Notes under the pieces: generated by a model
Databases searched by the model: none
Told to the model about the DNA's origin: nothing
What the model saw: only the letters and a program-made list of their open reading frames with translations
Position numbers and translations under genes: made by a program
NCBI GenBank assembly: GCA_963699755.1
Contig: CAVOVB010000007.1
Span: 256,001-320,000 of the forward strand
Reading direction: 5' to 3'
Source of the DNA: an uncultured delta proteobacterium
Lineage (GTDB): Bacteria; Myxococcota_A; Polyangia; Polyangiales; Houyiibacteriaceae
Length of the DNA: 64,000 bases
Shown: piece after piece, positions 50,216-59,709 of the stretch
Numbering within the stretch: the first letter of the stretch is position 1
Layout: each line of letters opens with the position of its first letter

Positions 50216-50922
50216 GATCGATTCTCACCATTGCCGGACGCCAGTTCCGAAGCTACTTCAACGGCCCGGTAGCTTACATCGTCATCTGCATCATCATGCT
50301 CACGCTGGGCTTTTTTTTCTGGAAGACCTTTTTTCTCTTTGGTCGCGCAAGCGCGCGGGAGATGTTCCGCTGGCTCGGTCTGATCCTGGTTTTCTCCCTT
50401 CCTGCGCTCACGATGGGTCTTCTGGCCGAAGAGAAGCGCACCGGGACGATCGAGCTTCTCATCACCATGCCAGTCACCGAGGCGCAGGTGATCATCGGAA
50501 AGTTCCTAGGCGTCTTGGGACTCTATGCGGTTCTCCTCGCCTTGACCGTTGCCTATCCGATCAGCATTTCCACGCTCGGCGACCTCGACTGGGGCCCGGT
50601 TTGGAGCGGCTACCTCGGCTTGTTCTTACAAGGGTCGGCGGTGCTTGCCATCGGTTTGATGGCCAGCAGTTGGACGAGCAATCAGCTGATCGCGCTCTTC
50701 GTGGCCCTGACCTTGAGCGTGTTCTTCTGGGTCCTCGACAAGTTCTTGGCGCTGCTCCCGACGAACGCCGCATCTGCCTTGCAGTGGCTTTCCTTCGACT
50801 ACCATTTCCAGAGCATGGCGCGCGGCGTGATCGACCTGCGTGACGTGCTCTTCTTCGTCTCGGTGGTCGTGTTTGCCCTGGCTGTCGCGTTTCGGGCACT
50901 GGAATCCCGGCGGTGGAGCTGA
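50212..50922 (+). CDS. ABC-2 permease (GldF-like)
   Basis: YFNGPVAY, TMGLLAEEKRTGTIELL and RGVIDLRD. Confidence 0.9.
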   Translation: MRSILTIAGRQFRSYFNGPVAYIVICIIMLTLGFFFWKTFFLFGRASAREMFRWLGLILVFSLPALTMGLLAEEKRTGTIELLITMPVTEAQVIIGKFLGVLGLYAVLLALTVAYPISISTLGDLDWGPVWSGYLGLFLQGSAVLAIGLMASSWTSNQLIALFVALTLSVFFWVLDKFLALLPTNAASALQWLSFDYHFQSMARGVIDLRDVLFFVSVVVFALAVAFRALESRRWS

Positions 50923-50925
50923 TCG

Positions 50926-52638
50926 ATGTCATCCAACATTCAAAAACGAGCCGCTAGCGAATCACTGATCTTCCTCTTGATCGTGGGCGGTATCCTGATC
51001 TTGCTCAACGTGCTCGCCGCGTACTTCCCTTCGCCTCGAATCGATCTCACCAAGAACGAGCTCTTCTCCTTGGCCGAAGGCTCCGAACGGCTCTGCTCTA
51101 GCCTCGACGACCGCCTCGAGGTCACTGCGTACTTCACGGAGAACCTCCCGCCGCCGTTCAACGCCACCGAACGTCAGGTGCGCGACTTGCTCGCCGAGTA
51201 CGCTGCAGCGTCGAACGGCAAACTCATCGTTCGCTTCGTCAATCCCAACGACGAGGCTAAGCAGCAGGCCGCGCGCGCCGATGGCGTTCAACCAGTCGCC
51301 CACCAGAAGATCGAAGAAGACCAGGTCGCCGTCGTCGAAGGCTACCGCGGTATCGTCCTGCGCTATCTCGACCGGACTCGAACAGTTCCGGTCATCCAGG
51401 ACACCACCGGGCTCGAGTACACCATCACCGCGGCGATCAAGGAGCTGGTCGGGGAGCGCAAGCCCATCGGAGTCGTGGGCGGCCACGGCGGCCCGAGCCT
51501 CGAGCAGGGGCTCACGAGCCTGCGGTCGGTTCTGTCACTCTACGATGTCCGCGAGGTCGACGCGTCGCAAAACATCGACTCAGGGCTCGCCGCGCTCTTG
51601 ATCATCGGCCCAGAGGAGCCCTTCAGCGACGAGGAGTTGAGGCGAATCGACCAGTACGTGATGCTCGGAGGCTCGCTCGGTGTCTTCGGCGGAGCGATGG
51701 CCGTAGACCTCGGTGGCCAAGCCGGACCTTCGGCTCGAACCTTGAGCTCGCGCATCGACACGCTGCTCGGTACCTGGGGCGTTCGGATGAGCTCGAAGCT
51801 CGTGGCCGACGCGCAGTGCAGCCGCGCGCCGATGGCGGGACCGATGGGTTTGCAGGTTCTCGTGCCCTATCCGCCGATTCCGGTGCTCCAACTCCAACCG
51901 GCGCAGCTGGAACATCCGGTCATGTTTCGTCTCGCCTCGCCCATGCTTCCATTCGTTTCACCGCTCGAGCTAGGGAACGCACCGGCGGACACGAAGCTAA
52001 GCGTGCTCGCGAGCTCGTCACAGGACTCCTGGACGATGTCCGGCGCGACGATTTCACTCGCGCCGCGCAATCCAAGGGACTGGCAGATGGGCACAGACGC
52101 TGGCCCATTCGACCTCATGGTCGCAATCGAAGGCAAGCTGCCTTCGGCGTTTGCGGCGTCGTCGGTCACTGAAGACGAGGCCAACGCCATCGCGGTCCCA
52201 CCAGCCGCTGAAAAGGACGTCCGTGTCTTGGTGGTGGGCACCAGCTCCTTCCTCGAGGACGCTTTCATGCCGCCACGGCCGCCACAGGGGGATGTTCAGA
52301 TGAACGCAGCACTGGCTCTGGCCTTGAACGCGATCGACTGGCTGGCCGCCGATTCGGATTTGATTGCCATCCGCGCCAAGACGAGCGAAGAGCCGGCGCT
52401 AGACATTCCGGATTCGGTTCTCGCCGCAGAAGGCACGGCGCTTGCAGCCGCAGAGCAAGGCGATGAGGCCGGGGTCGAGTCGGCTCTCGCGAAGCGCAAG
52501 GCTGCGATTGAGTCTTGGGACGCAAAGAAGCTTGCGTACCGCTGGGTCAACACCCTTGGGATTCCGTTCATCGTCGCCCTCTTCGGACTCGTTCGCTGGC
52601 GGCAACGCTCCAACAAGAAGAAGACGCTCAAACTCTAG
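50926..52638 (+). CDS. GldG-family ABC auxiliary component
   Basis: RIDLTKNELFSL, LEYTITAAI, GHG and NAIDWLAADSDLIAIR, with N- and C-terminal TM segments. Confidence 0.88.
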   Translation: MSSNIQKRAASESLIFLLIVGGILILLNVLAAYFPSPRIDLTKNELFSLAEGSERLCSSLDDRLEVTAYFTENLPPPFNATERQVRDLLAEYAAASNGKLIVRFVNPNDEAKQQAARADGVQPVAHQKIEEDQVAVVEGYRGIVLRYLDRTRTVPVIQDTTGLEYTITAAIKELVGERKPIGVVGGHGGPSLEQGLTSLRSVLSLYDVREVDASQNIDSGLAALLIIGPEEPFSDEELRRIDQYVMLGGSLGVFGGAMAVDLGGQAGPSARTLSSRIDTLLGTWGVRMSSKLVADAQCSRAPMAGPMGLQVLVPYPPIPVLQLQPAQLEHPVMFRLASPMLPFVSPLELGNAPADTKLSVLASSSQDSWTMSGATISLAPRNPRDWQMGTDAGPFDLMVAIEGKLPSAFAASSVTEDEANAIAVPPAAEKDVRVLVVGTSSFLEDAFMPPRPPQGDVQMNAALALALNAIDWLAADSDLIAIRAKTSEEPALDIPDSVLAAEGTALAAAEQGDEAGVESALAKRKAAIESWDAKKLAYRWVNTLGIPFIVALFGLVRWRQRSNKKKTLKL

Positions 52639-52655
52639 GCAGGGGAATGCTCGGA

Positions 52656-53726
52656 ATGGAATGGCGAAAGAACCGAATTGCGATTGGAGCCATGGTGTTC
52701 TTCGTGCTGCTCGGCCTGACGGCCTGGGCGGTGGAAAGCAGGAACCGTCAACCCAGGAGCTCGGGGGAGATCCCCAAGATCGAGCTCGACAAGGATGCGA
52801 TCAGCGGGCTCGAGATCACGCGCCCGGGAGACGAGCCGGTGGTGCTTTCCAAGGTCGACGATGCTTGGCGACTGATCAAACCTGTGGATGCCGCCGCAGA
52901 TCAGAACAACGTCGACTCCGCGCTCAATCGGCTCGCCGAGCTCACTATCACCCGTGTCGTGGCGACGAAGCCGGAGAACTACGCACGGCTGCAAGTCGAC
53001 GATGAGAGCGCGGTTCGGATCGTCGTGAAGGCCGGAGACGAAACTCTGAGCGAGCTGATGGTTGGCAAGTACGGCGACGGCATGACCATGCTTCGCGTAG
53101 ACGAGCGCCACGAGGTGTTCGGAGCCAGTGGCTCGCTTCGCTATGCATTTGACCGAGAGCTCAGGGCTTGGCGCGACCGAAAGGTCGTCAGCGTCGAAGC
53201 CCCTGAGGTGCAGTCGATCCGCTTCGAGAGCCCGAAGGGCACGTTCGCCTTCAAGCGCGATGGAGATGCTTGGGCCGCCATCGAAGGGAAGAAGGCCCTC
53301 GGCAACTTCGATCCGAAGCAGGTGACGAGCAGCCTGTCGACCGCGGCGCGGCTGATCGCCTCCGACTTCGCAGCGCAAGACATCTCCGAAGCGAGGGCAG
53401 GGCTAACCGAGCCCAGAGCGACCGTGAGCTTGACCCTGGCCGAGGATCCGGATCCGATCGTGCTCGAGCTCGGCGCCAGCACAGAGCAAGGCGACCAGCT
53501 CTATTTGAGGCGCAAAGGCAACCCCACCGTCTACGTGGTCTCGCACTACCTCGCGGACCGGCTACAGCCCGACGCGGCTGCCTTCCGGACCCCCGCCGAA
53601 GCTCCTCCGCCCCCGCCGGCGATGCCAGGCGGCCCGGCCATCGGAGGACAGCAACAGCCGCAGCTTCCTCCGGAAGTCATGGAGCAGCTGCGGCAGCAGA
53701 TTCAAGCACAGCAGCAACAGCGCTAG
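52656..53726 (+). CDS. DUF4340 domain protein
   Basis: N-terminal TM segment, two internal repeats, WRDRKV and a Pro/Gln-rich tail. Usual fourth gene of Gld-like ABC operons. Alternative start 52647. Confidence 0.8.
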   Translation: MEWRKNRIAIGAMVFFVLLGLTAWAVESRNRQPRSSGEIPKIELDKDAISGLEITRPGDEPVVLSKVDDAWRLIKPVDAAADQNNVDSALNRLAELTITRVVATKPENYARLQVDDESAVRIVVKAGDETLSELMVGKYGDGMTMLRVDERHEVFGASGSLRYAFDRELRAWRDRKVVSVEAPEVQSIRFESPKGTFAFKRDGDAWAAIEGKKALGNFDPKQVTSSLSTAARLIASDFAAQDISEARAGLTEPRATVSLTLAEDPDPIVLELGASTEQGDQLYLRRKGNPTVYVVSHYLADRLQPDAAAFRTPAEAPPPPPAMPGGPAIGGQQQPQLPPEVMEQLRQQIQAQQQQR

Positions 53727-54118
53727 GCGCTGGCGCCAAGCCGCCAACCGGCAACCACGATGGACCCCCAGCCGAGTAGGAAGAGCAGGCCTCCTAGCGG
53801 CGTGACCGCCCCGAGCTTGGTCTGGCCGGTAATTGTCATGGTGTAAAGGCTGCCGCTGAAAAGCGCGACCCCTGCAACGAAGGACCAACCCGCAAGCGCT
53901 GCTGGAGCGCCAGCGCCACGATGCAAGAGCCAAGCCACGAAGGCGAGCGCCAGCGCATGCGTGAGGTGATAGTGAGCGGCGGTGTTCCACCAGTCCAGGC
54001 GCTTCATGCCGTCTGGTAGCGAGTCGAGACGCGATCGCAAGCCATGCGCGCCAAACGCTCCCAGCGCGACCGCGCTGAAACCGAGCAAGCCGGAAAGAAT
54101 GATGAAGATTCTAGTCAT
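53723..54118 (-). CDS. DUF423 family membrane protein
   Basis: ALGAFGAHGL, YHLTHAL, LFSGSLY and GAVTPLGG. Confidence 0.92.
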   Translation of the reverse strand: MTRIFIILSGLLGFSAVALGAFGAHGLRSRLDSLPDGMKRLDWWNTAAHYHLTHALALAFVAWLLHRGAGAPAALAGWSFVAGVALFSGSLYTMTITGQTKLGAVTPLGGLLFLLGWGSIVVAGWRLGASA

Positions 54119-54232
54119 CGGGGCCCATGATGGGCCAAGTCCCGGGCCGCGACCAGGCTGCGCGCTAGCACCTGGCAGTCGAACGCGTTAGGCTGCGCGA
54201 GCGATCGGGGTTATTGGAGCCATGACTCGGAG

Positions 54233-57184
54233 ATGAGCGCAGATTTCGGTGTAAACCAAGGACTGGTCGAGGAGCAGTTTCTGAAGTGGGCGGATAACCC
54301 GCTGGCCGTGGACGAGGCTTGGCGCTCGTACTTCGAAAGCCTCGCGCCAACTGACTGGCCGCAGATCTCAAGTGCAGGGACGATCATGGCGCCGGTCACC
54401 GCGACCGGCCTGCTGAGCCCGGCACCGTCGACGTCCGATGGAAACGGAGCGGCCGCGGCCGTTTCGCCAGGAGTCGTCGAGCCACTCGACGTGGCGGAGG
54501 AGGATGACGGCGTGCGGAACTCGGTGCTCTTGCCACCGACTGCAGAGGCGACGCTCGATCCACTGATCCTCGAAGGCCGCACTTCGTTCCCGCCTTCCGC
54601 GCAGGTCCTTGCAGCCAACGAGCTTCAGGCGCGTCTCTCCGCGCTCATCAATGCGTATCGCGTACGCGGACATCTCTTCGCAAACCTCGACCCGCTCGAC
54701 TTGCACCGAAAGCCGCCCGAGGACGAGCTCGTTTTGAAGCGCTACGGGCTCGCTCACGTCGACCCGGACACGATCTTCGCAACGGGCAACATGGCGGGTC
54801 CGGCAAATGAGTCTCTGCGCTCGGTGCTCGCGCGATTGAAAGACACCTACGCGCGAACGATCGGCGTCGAGTTCACCTCCCTCGAGAACCAGGACGCACG
54901 CGATTGGCTACGCGATCGCATGGAGCTCACCGGGAACCACATCGATCTGAGCCGCGAACAGCAAATCCGCATCCTCACCAAGCTCACCGATGCCGAGATC
55001 TTCGAGCAATTCCTGCACACGAAGTACACCGGCGCGAAGCGCTTCTCGCTCGAAGGAGGGGAAAGCGTCATCCCGATGCTCGACATCCTGACCGAGCGTG
55101 CTTCGGAGCTCGGCGTGGAGGAAATGGTCATCGGCATGGCGCACCGCGGACGGCTCAATGTGATGGTAAACATCATGGAGATGAACGTCCGTCAAATCTT
55201 CGCGGGCTTCGAGGACGACGACCCTGAAAAGTACCTCGGCACGGGCGACGTGAAGTACCACCTCGGCTACTCGCTTGATCGCAAGACTGCGAGCGGGAAC
55301 AACATGCACATGACTTTGGCCTTCAACCCGAGCCATCTGGAGTTCGTGAACCCGGTGGTTGAGGGGCGCGTCCGCGCCAAGCAAGATCGCAAAGGCGACG
55401 ATGACCGTACCACCGTGCTGCCTCTCTTGATTCATGGTGACGCCGCCTTCGTCGGCCAGGGTGTGGTCGCGGAGACTTTGAACTTGAGCCGGCTTCCTGC
55501 GTACGAAACCGGCGGCACCGTCCACGTCGTCATCAACAATCAGATCGGCTTCACCACCAACCCCGAGGACTCGCGGTCGACCTCGTACTGCACCGACATC
55601 ACCCGAATGCTTCGCTGCCCTGTCTTCCATGTGAACGGCGAGGATCCAGAGGCGGTAGCGCAAGCGGTGACCTTGGCGACGGAGTACCGGCAGCGCTTCC
55701 ACGCGGACGTAGTGCTCGACCTCTTCTGCTACCGGAAATACGGCCACAACGAAGGTGACGAACCGCGATTCACCCAACCGGAGATGTACGCGGCCATTGA
55801 CCGGAAGAAGACGGTTCGTGAGGTGTATATCGATCACCTGGTCAAAACGGGGAAGTTGACCGGCAAGCAGGCCGACGAGATCCGGGTCCGGCGCCAGCAG
55901 GACTTGGAAAATGCGCTCGAAGACACGCGCAAGAACGGACACTACAACCTCATCCCCGCGTCGATGCTTGGGCTTTGGGCAGATTACCGCGGCGGCAGCG
56001 ATTTGGACGTCCCGGACGCGGATACGCGGTTTCCCAAAGCCGAGCTGATCGAGGCGCTCGACAAGATGACGAGCTACCCCGACTGGTTCACACCACACCC
56101 TCGCATCGAGCGATTCGTTCTCGACAAGCAACGCAAGGTCATGAGTACTGGCGAAGGCGTCGACTGGGGCACCGCTGAGAACCTCGCGTTTGCGAGCCTT
56201 TTGCTACAGGGAGTTCGCTGCAGGCTCACCGGCCAGGATGTTCGCCGCGGCACATTCAGCCACCGTCACGCTGTCATCTTCGACGAGAAGACCGGCCGGC
56301 GGTATACGCGTCTGGGGCACCTGAGCGCCGATCAGGCGCAGCTGGAGATCTACGACAGCCCGCTTTCCGAGGTTGGTGTCCTGGGCTTCGAATGGGGATA
56401 CTCGCTCGACTCGCCGGATGCCTTGGTGTGCTGGGAGGCTCAGTTCGGCGACTTCGTGAACGTAGCGCAGGTGATCGTCGACCAGTTCATTTCTTCGTCT
56501 GAGGACAAGTGGCACCGCCTGAGTGGCCTCGTCATGTTGCTCCCGCACGGCATGGAGGGCCAAGGTCCTGAGCACTCGAGCGCAAGGCTCGAACGCTTCC
56601 TGATGCTTTGCGCGGAAGACAACATGCAGATCGTCAACCTCACGACCCCTGCGCAGCTCTTTCACTGCCTCAGGCGTCAGGTCCTGCGCCCCTGGCGCAA
56701 GCCACTCATCGTCATGAGCCCGAAGAGCCTGTTGCGGCACCGCCGCGCCGTCAGCACGCTGGACGAGCTCGCCGAGGGCTCTTTTCAGCGGATCATTGCC
56801 GACGAGCCAACGGTGGATCCCCGCAAGGTTCGACGCCTCGTTCTGTGCACCGGGAAGATCTACTACGACCTCCTCGACCGCCGGGAGCAGACCGGGGCCA
56901 ATGACGTGGGTATTCTGAGAGTGGAGCAGCTCTATCCGCTCCGCGCTCGCGAGCTTCAGGCACGCCTGGCCCCGTATCCCAAGGACGTCGACCTGGTCTG
57001 GGTCCAGGAGGAGCCGTGGAACATGGGCGCCTGGTACTTCATGCGCGCCCGGCTGCCGGAGATTCTGGGCGACGAGCCACCCCTACGCTGCATTGCCCGG
57101 CCGGAAAGCGCCAGCCCCGCGACCGGTTCCGGGGCCTCGCACAAGCTCGAGCAGCGCATGCTTATCGACGAAGTGTTCCAGTAG
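54233..57184 (+). CDS. sucA: 2-oxoglutarate dehydrogenase E1 component
   Basis: KRFSLEGGE, GMAHRGRLN, GDVKYHLG, HGDAAF, WEAQFGDF and GQGPEHSSARLERFL. Confidence 0.97.
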   Translation: MSADFGVNQGLVEEQFLKWADNPLAVDEAWRSYFESLAPTDWPQISSAGTIMAPVTATGLLSPAPSTSDGNGAAAAVSPGVVEPLDVAEEDDGVRNSVLLPPTAEATLDPLILEGRTSFPPSAQVLAANELQARLSALINAYRVRGHLFANLDPLDLHRKPPEDELVLKRYGLAHVDPDTIFATGNMAGPANESLRSVLARLKDTYARTIGVEFTSLENQDARDWLRDRMELTGNHIDLSREQQIRILTKLTDAEIFEQFLHTKYTGAKRFSLEGGESVIPMLDILTERASELGVEEMVIGMAHRGRLNVMVNIMEMNVRQIFAGFEDDDPEKYLGTGDVKYHLGYSLDRKTASGNNMHMTLAFNPSHLEFVNPVVEGRVRAKQDRKGDDDRTTVLPLLIHGDAAFVGQGVVAETLNLSRLPAYETGGTVHVVINNQIGFTTNPEDSRSTSYCTDITRMLRCPVFHVNGEDPEAVAQAVTLATEYRQRFHADVVLDLFCYRKYGHNEGDEPRFTQPEMYAAIDRKKTVREVYIDHLVKTGKLTGKQADEIRVRRQQDLENALEDTRKNGHYNLIPASMLGLWADYRGGSDLDVPDADTRFPKAELIEALDKMTSYPDWFTPHPRIERFVLDKQRKVMSTGEGVDWGTAENLAFASLLLQGVRCRLTGQDVRRGTFSHRHAVIFDEKTGRRYTRLGHLSADQAQLEIYDSPLSEVGVLGFEWGYSLDSPDALVCWEAQFGDFVNVAQVIVDQFISSSEDKWHRLSGLVMLLPHGMEGQGPEHSSARLERFLMLCAEDNMQIVNLTTPAQLFHCLRRQVLRPWRKPLIVMSPKSLLRHRRAVSTLDELAEGSFQRIIADEPTVDPRKVRRLVLCTGKIYYDLLDRREQTGANDVGILRVEQLYPLRARELQARLAPYPKDVDLVWVQEEPWNMGAWYFMRARLPEILGDEPPLRCIARPESASPATGSGASHKLEQRMLIDEVFQ

Positions 57185-57296
57185 CGCGGAAAGGCGTGGA
57201 CGCCTCAATCCGGGCGCCCGCACGTCGCAAGAACAAGAACCGCCGCAGTCCGGTGTCGCGCCTCTTCCGCGTCCCGCTCGTTGAGTCGTTCAATTG

Positions 57297-57327
57297 AGAA
57301 CGGCCTCGTCTGGGGACGAGGCGTTCT
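57297..57327. terminator. Hairpin between the convergent sucA and hsp20 (probable terminator)
   Basis: GCCTCGTC-TGGG-GACGAGGC stem, extended by AGAAC/GTTCT. Confidence 0.55.
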
Positions 57328-57346
57328 TCAAGAAGCTATCGGGCCT

Positions 57347-57760
57347 TTACTTCGTCGCCTTGACCGCGATCTTTTTCGGGGTTGGCGCTGCCTTTTTCGG
57401 GAGGCGTAGCTCGAGCACGCCGTTCTTGAGGTCGGCGCTGATCTTGTCGGCGTCGACCGTCTCGGGGAGGCTGAACGAGCGGGTGAAGCTCCCGTACTGC
57501 CGCTCGACACGACGATAGGTGCCCTCGTTCTCTTCCTTCTCAACTTTACGTTCGCCGCTGAGCGTGAGAACCTTGTTCTCGACGTCGACCTTGACGTCTT
57601 CCGCAGCCAAGCCCGGCACCTCAGCATCTACGTAAAAAGCATCATCCTCTTCGCGGATATCGACCGCGACTTGAAATGCCTGCCTTGCAAGCCCCCTGCC
57701 ACCGAAGTAGTGGTCATGGAGGCGGTTCATCTCTTCAAATGGATCCCAACGAACCAACAT
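57347..57760 (-). CDS. Hsp20/alpha-crystallin small heat shock protein
   Basis: LVRWDPF, VDIRE, EVPG, ERQYGSFTRSFSLP and NGVLELRLPK. RBS GGAGGAG before ATG 57760. Confidence 0.95.
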   Translation of the reverse strand: MLVRWDPFEEMNRLHDHYFGGRGLARQAFQVAVDIREEDDAFYVDAEVPGLAAEDVKVDVENKVLTLSGERKVEKEENEGTYRRVERQYGSFTRSFSLPETVDADKISADLKNGVLELRLPKKAAPTPKKIAVKATK

Positions 57761-57856
57761 GATGTACTCCTCCGTCAACCTGCGTGCGCAGGCTCGTCAT
57801 TGATCGGAGCAACTGAAAACGCCACCGTTGCGCCTCGACTGTCTTCCGATGGACGC

Positions 57857-57884
57857 AAGCTAATCACGGAAAACGCACTGTCAA
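57857..57884 (-). promoter_or_regulatory. Candidate sigma-70-type promoter of hsp20
   Basis: Minus strand reads TTGACA-N16-TAGCTT, giving a leader of about 90 nt. Confidence 0.5.
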
Positions 57885-57928
57885 CTCTCGAATTGACCCG
57901 ATTTCGGCGCGCGATAGGCTACCCGCAG

Positions 57929-58459
57929 ATGAGGGTTTCCAAGCTCACGGTCGTCTTCGCGCTGATGGTTGGCACGCTATCGACTGGCTGCGTTGAGGAC
58001 GTGCGCTTCAATCCATCGGGCTGTGACGTGCACGTTCGCGGTCGTTGGCGCGTCGACGGGCAGGACCCGACGGCCGATACCTGCGGCGACATCGGCCTGG
58101 TCGAGCTCGCGATAATTGACGATTCGGAGCGCCAGTTCTGGGCGGCGCCGGAGTTCACTCTGCGATGCGATGCCGCGAGCGACGCGAACGCGGTGGTCAT
58201 CGACGGGGGCGCCTACCTAGACACGATCCGGGTGACGCGTAATCGCTGTGGCGGCACCGGCAAGATCCTCAAAGACCCGCCGGACCAGCAGTACAAATCT
58301 CGCTGGCGTGCAACCACAGAGCTCAAGTTCGTCGTCGACTGCTCACCGATCCAAACGACTCCAATCACGACCATCGACGGTGGCACCGACCTCATCCTGG
58401 ATGTCGGCACCGTAGACTTTCAAACCCTGGATGCCGGCGTGGAATGCCCAGCGCCTTGA
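57929..58459 (+). CDS. Hypothetical lipoprotein
   Basis: MRVSK plus hydrophobic stretch and STGC lipobox. Six further Cys. Start at ATG 57929. Confidence 0.7.
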   Translation: MRVSKLTVVFALMVGTLSTGCVEDVRFNPSGCDVHVRGRWRVDGQDPTADTCGDIGLVELAIIDDSERQFWAAPEFTLRCDAASDANAVVIDGGAYLDTIRVTRNRCGGTGKILKDPPDQQYKSRWRATTELKFVVDCSPIQTTPITTIDGGTDLILDVGTVDFQTLDAGVECPAP

Positions 58460-58498
58460 TCCCTTGCAAAGGAACCCTAGGGTAGTCATACCCATCCT

Positions 58499-59200
58499 GT
58501 GTTCCGCTTTCCCCCACTCACCCCCTTCGTCAAGAAGCTGCTCATTGGACTCTTTGGCGCCTGGATCGTGCAGATCATCCTTCAGAACTGGGCGGGTGTG
58601 CCGATTTTCGAGGTCCTCGCGCTCGACACCAGACGGCCTGGCGTGGCGACCCTTTGGCAGCTCGGGACCCATGTGCTGGCCTTTCCGACCGGTCCACAGG
58701 CCGTGTTCTCCATGCTGATCATGCTGGTCTTTCTCTGGTGGATGCTCGCTCCCTTCGAGCAGCGATTCGGTGAGAAGCGCACCATTCAGCTTTGCGCCGT
58801 GGCGGTGCTCTGCTCCGCGATCATGGCGCTCGTCGTAGGGTTGCTCGTTCCCAACCCTTCCGCCCTGTACGGCGCCCAGGCCATGCTCTTGGGGTCGATC
58901 GCGGCCTTTGCATGGTCGTATCGCGGCCAAGGCCGAATGAGCTTCTTCGGCGTCATCGACATGAAGCCCGTGCACATCATCTATCTGGTGCTTGCGTTGA
59001 GCCTCTTGATGTTCATCACGTCTGGCGACGCCGTGGCGCTTGCCGCCGATATCGGCGCGATCGGTGGTGGCATGGCGTTCATCGAGTGGCTGAGACGCCC
59101 GCCACGCGGGGGACGTCGTCGGCCGAAGCGGCGCAAGAAGAAGAGCTCATTCGATGTCGTACAAGGTGGTCGCGCAGATGAGCCGCGTTGGCTAAACTAA
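58499..59200 (+). CDS. Rhomboid-fold membrane protein, probably catalytically inactive
   Basis: LTPFVKKLLI, LWQLGTH and FEQRFG rhomboid-like topology. GAQA replaces GxS, and AADIGA replaces the AHLGG motif. Confidence 0.7.
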   Translation: MFRFPPLTPFVKKLLIGLFGAWIVQIILQNWAGVPIFEVLALDTRRPGVATLWQLGTHVLAFPTGPQAVFSMLIMLVFLWWMLAPFEQRFGEKRTIQLCAVAVLCSAIMALVVGLLVPNPSALYGAQAMLLGSIAAFAWSYRGQGRMSFFGVIDMKPVHIIYLVLALSLLMFITSGDAVALAADIGAIGGGMAFIEWLRRPPRGGRRRPKRRKKKSSFDVVQGGRADEPRWLN

Positions 59201-59204
59201 CCCC

Positions 59205-59666
59205 ATGTCTCGTACCGCGTTCATACCAGCGGCATTTCTCGCGATGCTGTCGTTCGGTCCGTTGCTTGGCTGCTCGAGCCCGACGCCAGGCTACGGCCTC
59301 ACGCCAGTGTACGACGCCTGTAACACGGTCGAGGACTGTGTCGAGACCGCAACTCGTTGCGCGGAGCTTCGGGTCGAGTTTGCCGGCTTCGACTACGTCA
59401 ACTACGTTTGTACTCTGACTTGCGGGGCCGAAGGCCCGCTCTCCGCCGACTGCCCGAGAGCCTACGTTGGAATCTTCGGGAGCTGCTACCCCTCGAGGGT
59501 TGCCGGCGGCATCAACGACACCTCGATTTGTTTCGACCCCTGCTTCGTCGACGACGACTGCCAGCTGGGTTTCCGCTGCCTGGGCGCAGAGAGCTTATGT
59601 GGGTCCGACCTGGGCTCCTGCCCGATCGATGAGAACGACGCGATTTGCGTTCCTGGCCCCGATTGA
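59205..59666 (+). CDS. Cys-rich lipoprotein
   Basis: LLGC lipobox and multiple C-x4-C / CTLTC motifs. Confidence 0.7.
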   Translation: MSRTAFIPAAFLAMLSFGPLLGCSSPTPGYGLTPVYDACNTVEDCVETATRCAELRVEFAGFDYVNYVCTLTCGAEGPLSADCPRAYVGIFGSCYPSRVAGGINDTSICFDPCFVDDDCQLGFRCLGAESLCGSDLGSCPIDENDAICVPGPD

Positions 59667-59709
59667 TGCTTTTGAGGCTTCGTCTGCAACTGCGTGCTAA
59701 TCCATTCGC

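Noticed and set aside
49247..52638. Calling the ABC operon Bacteroidota-type gliding machinery
   Set aside because: GldA/F/G-like ABC sets are widespread outside gliding Bacteroidota, and no other gld or T9SS genes are present.
54908..56131. 407-aa minus-strand ORF inside sucA
   Set aside because: Antisense shadow of a conserved gene.
57808..57824. Sigma-54-like TGGCGTTTTCAGTTGCT upstream of hsp20, which would add it to the hypoxia regulon like hspX
   Set aside because: GG-to-GC spacing is 11 nt rather than the strict 10, and I saw no CGCA-N5-TGCG site upstream.
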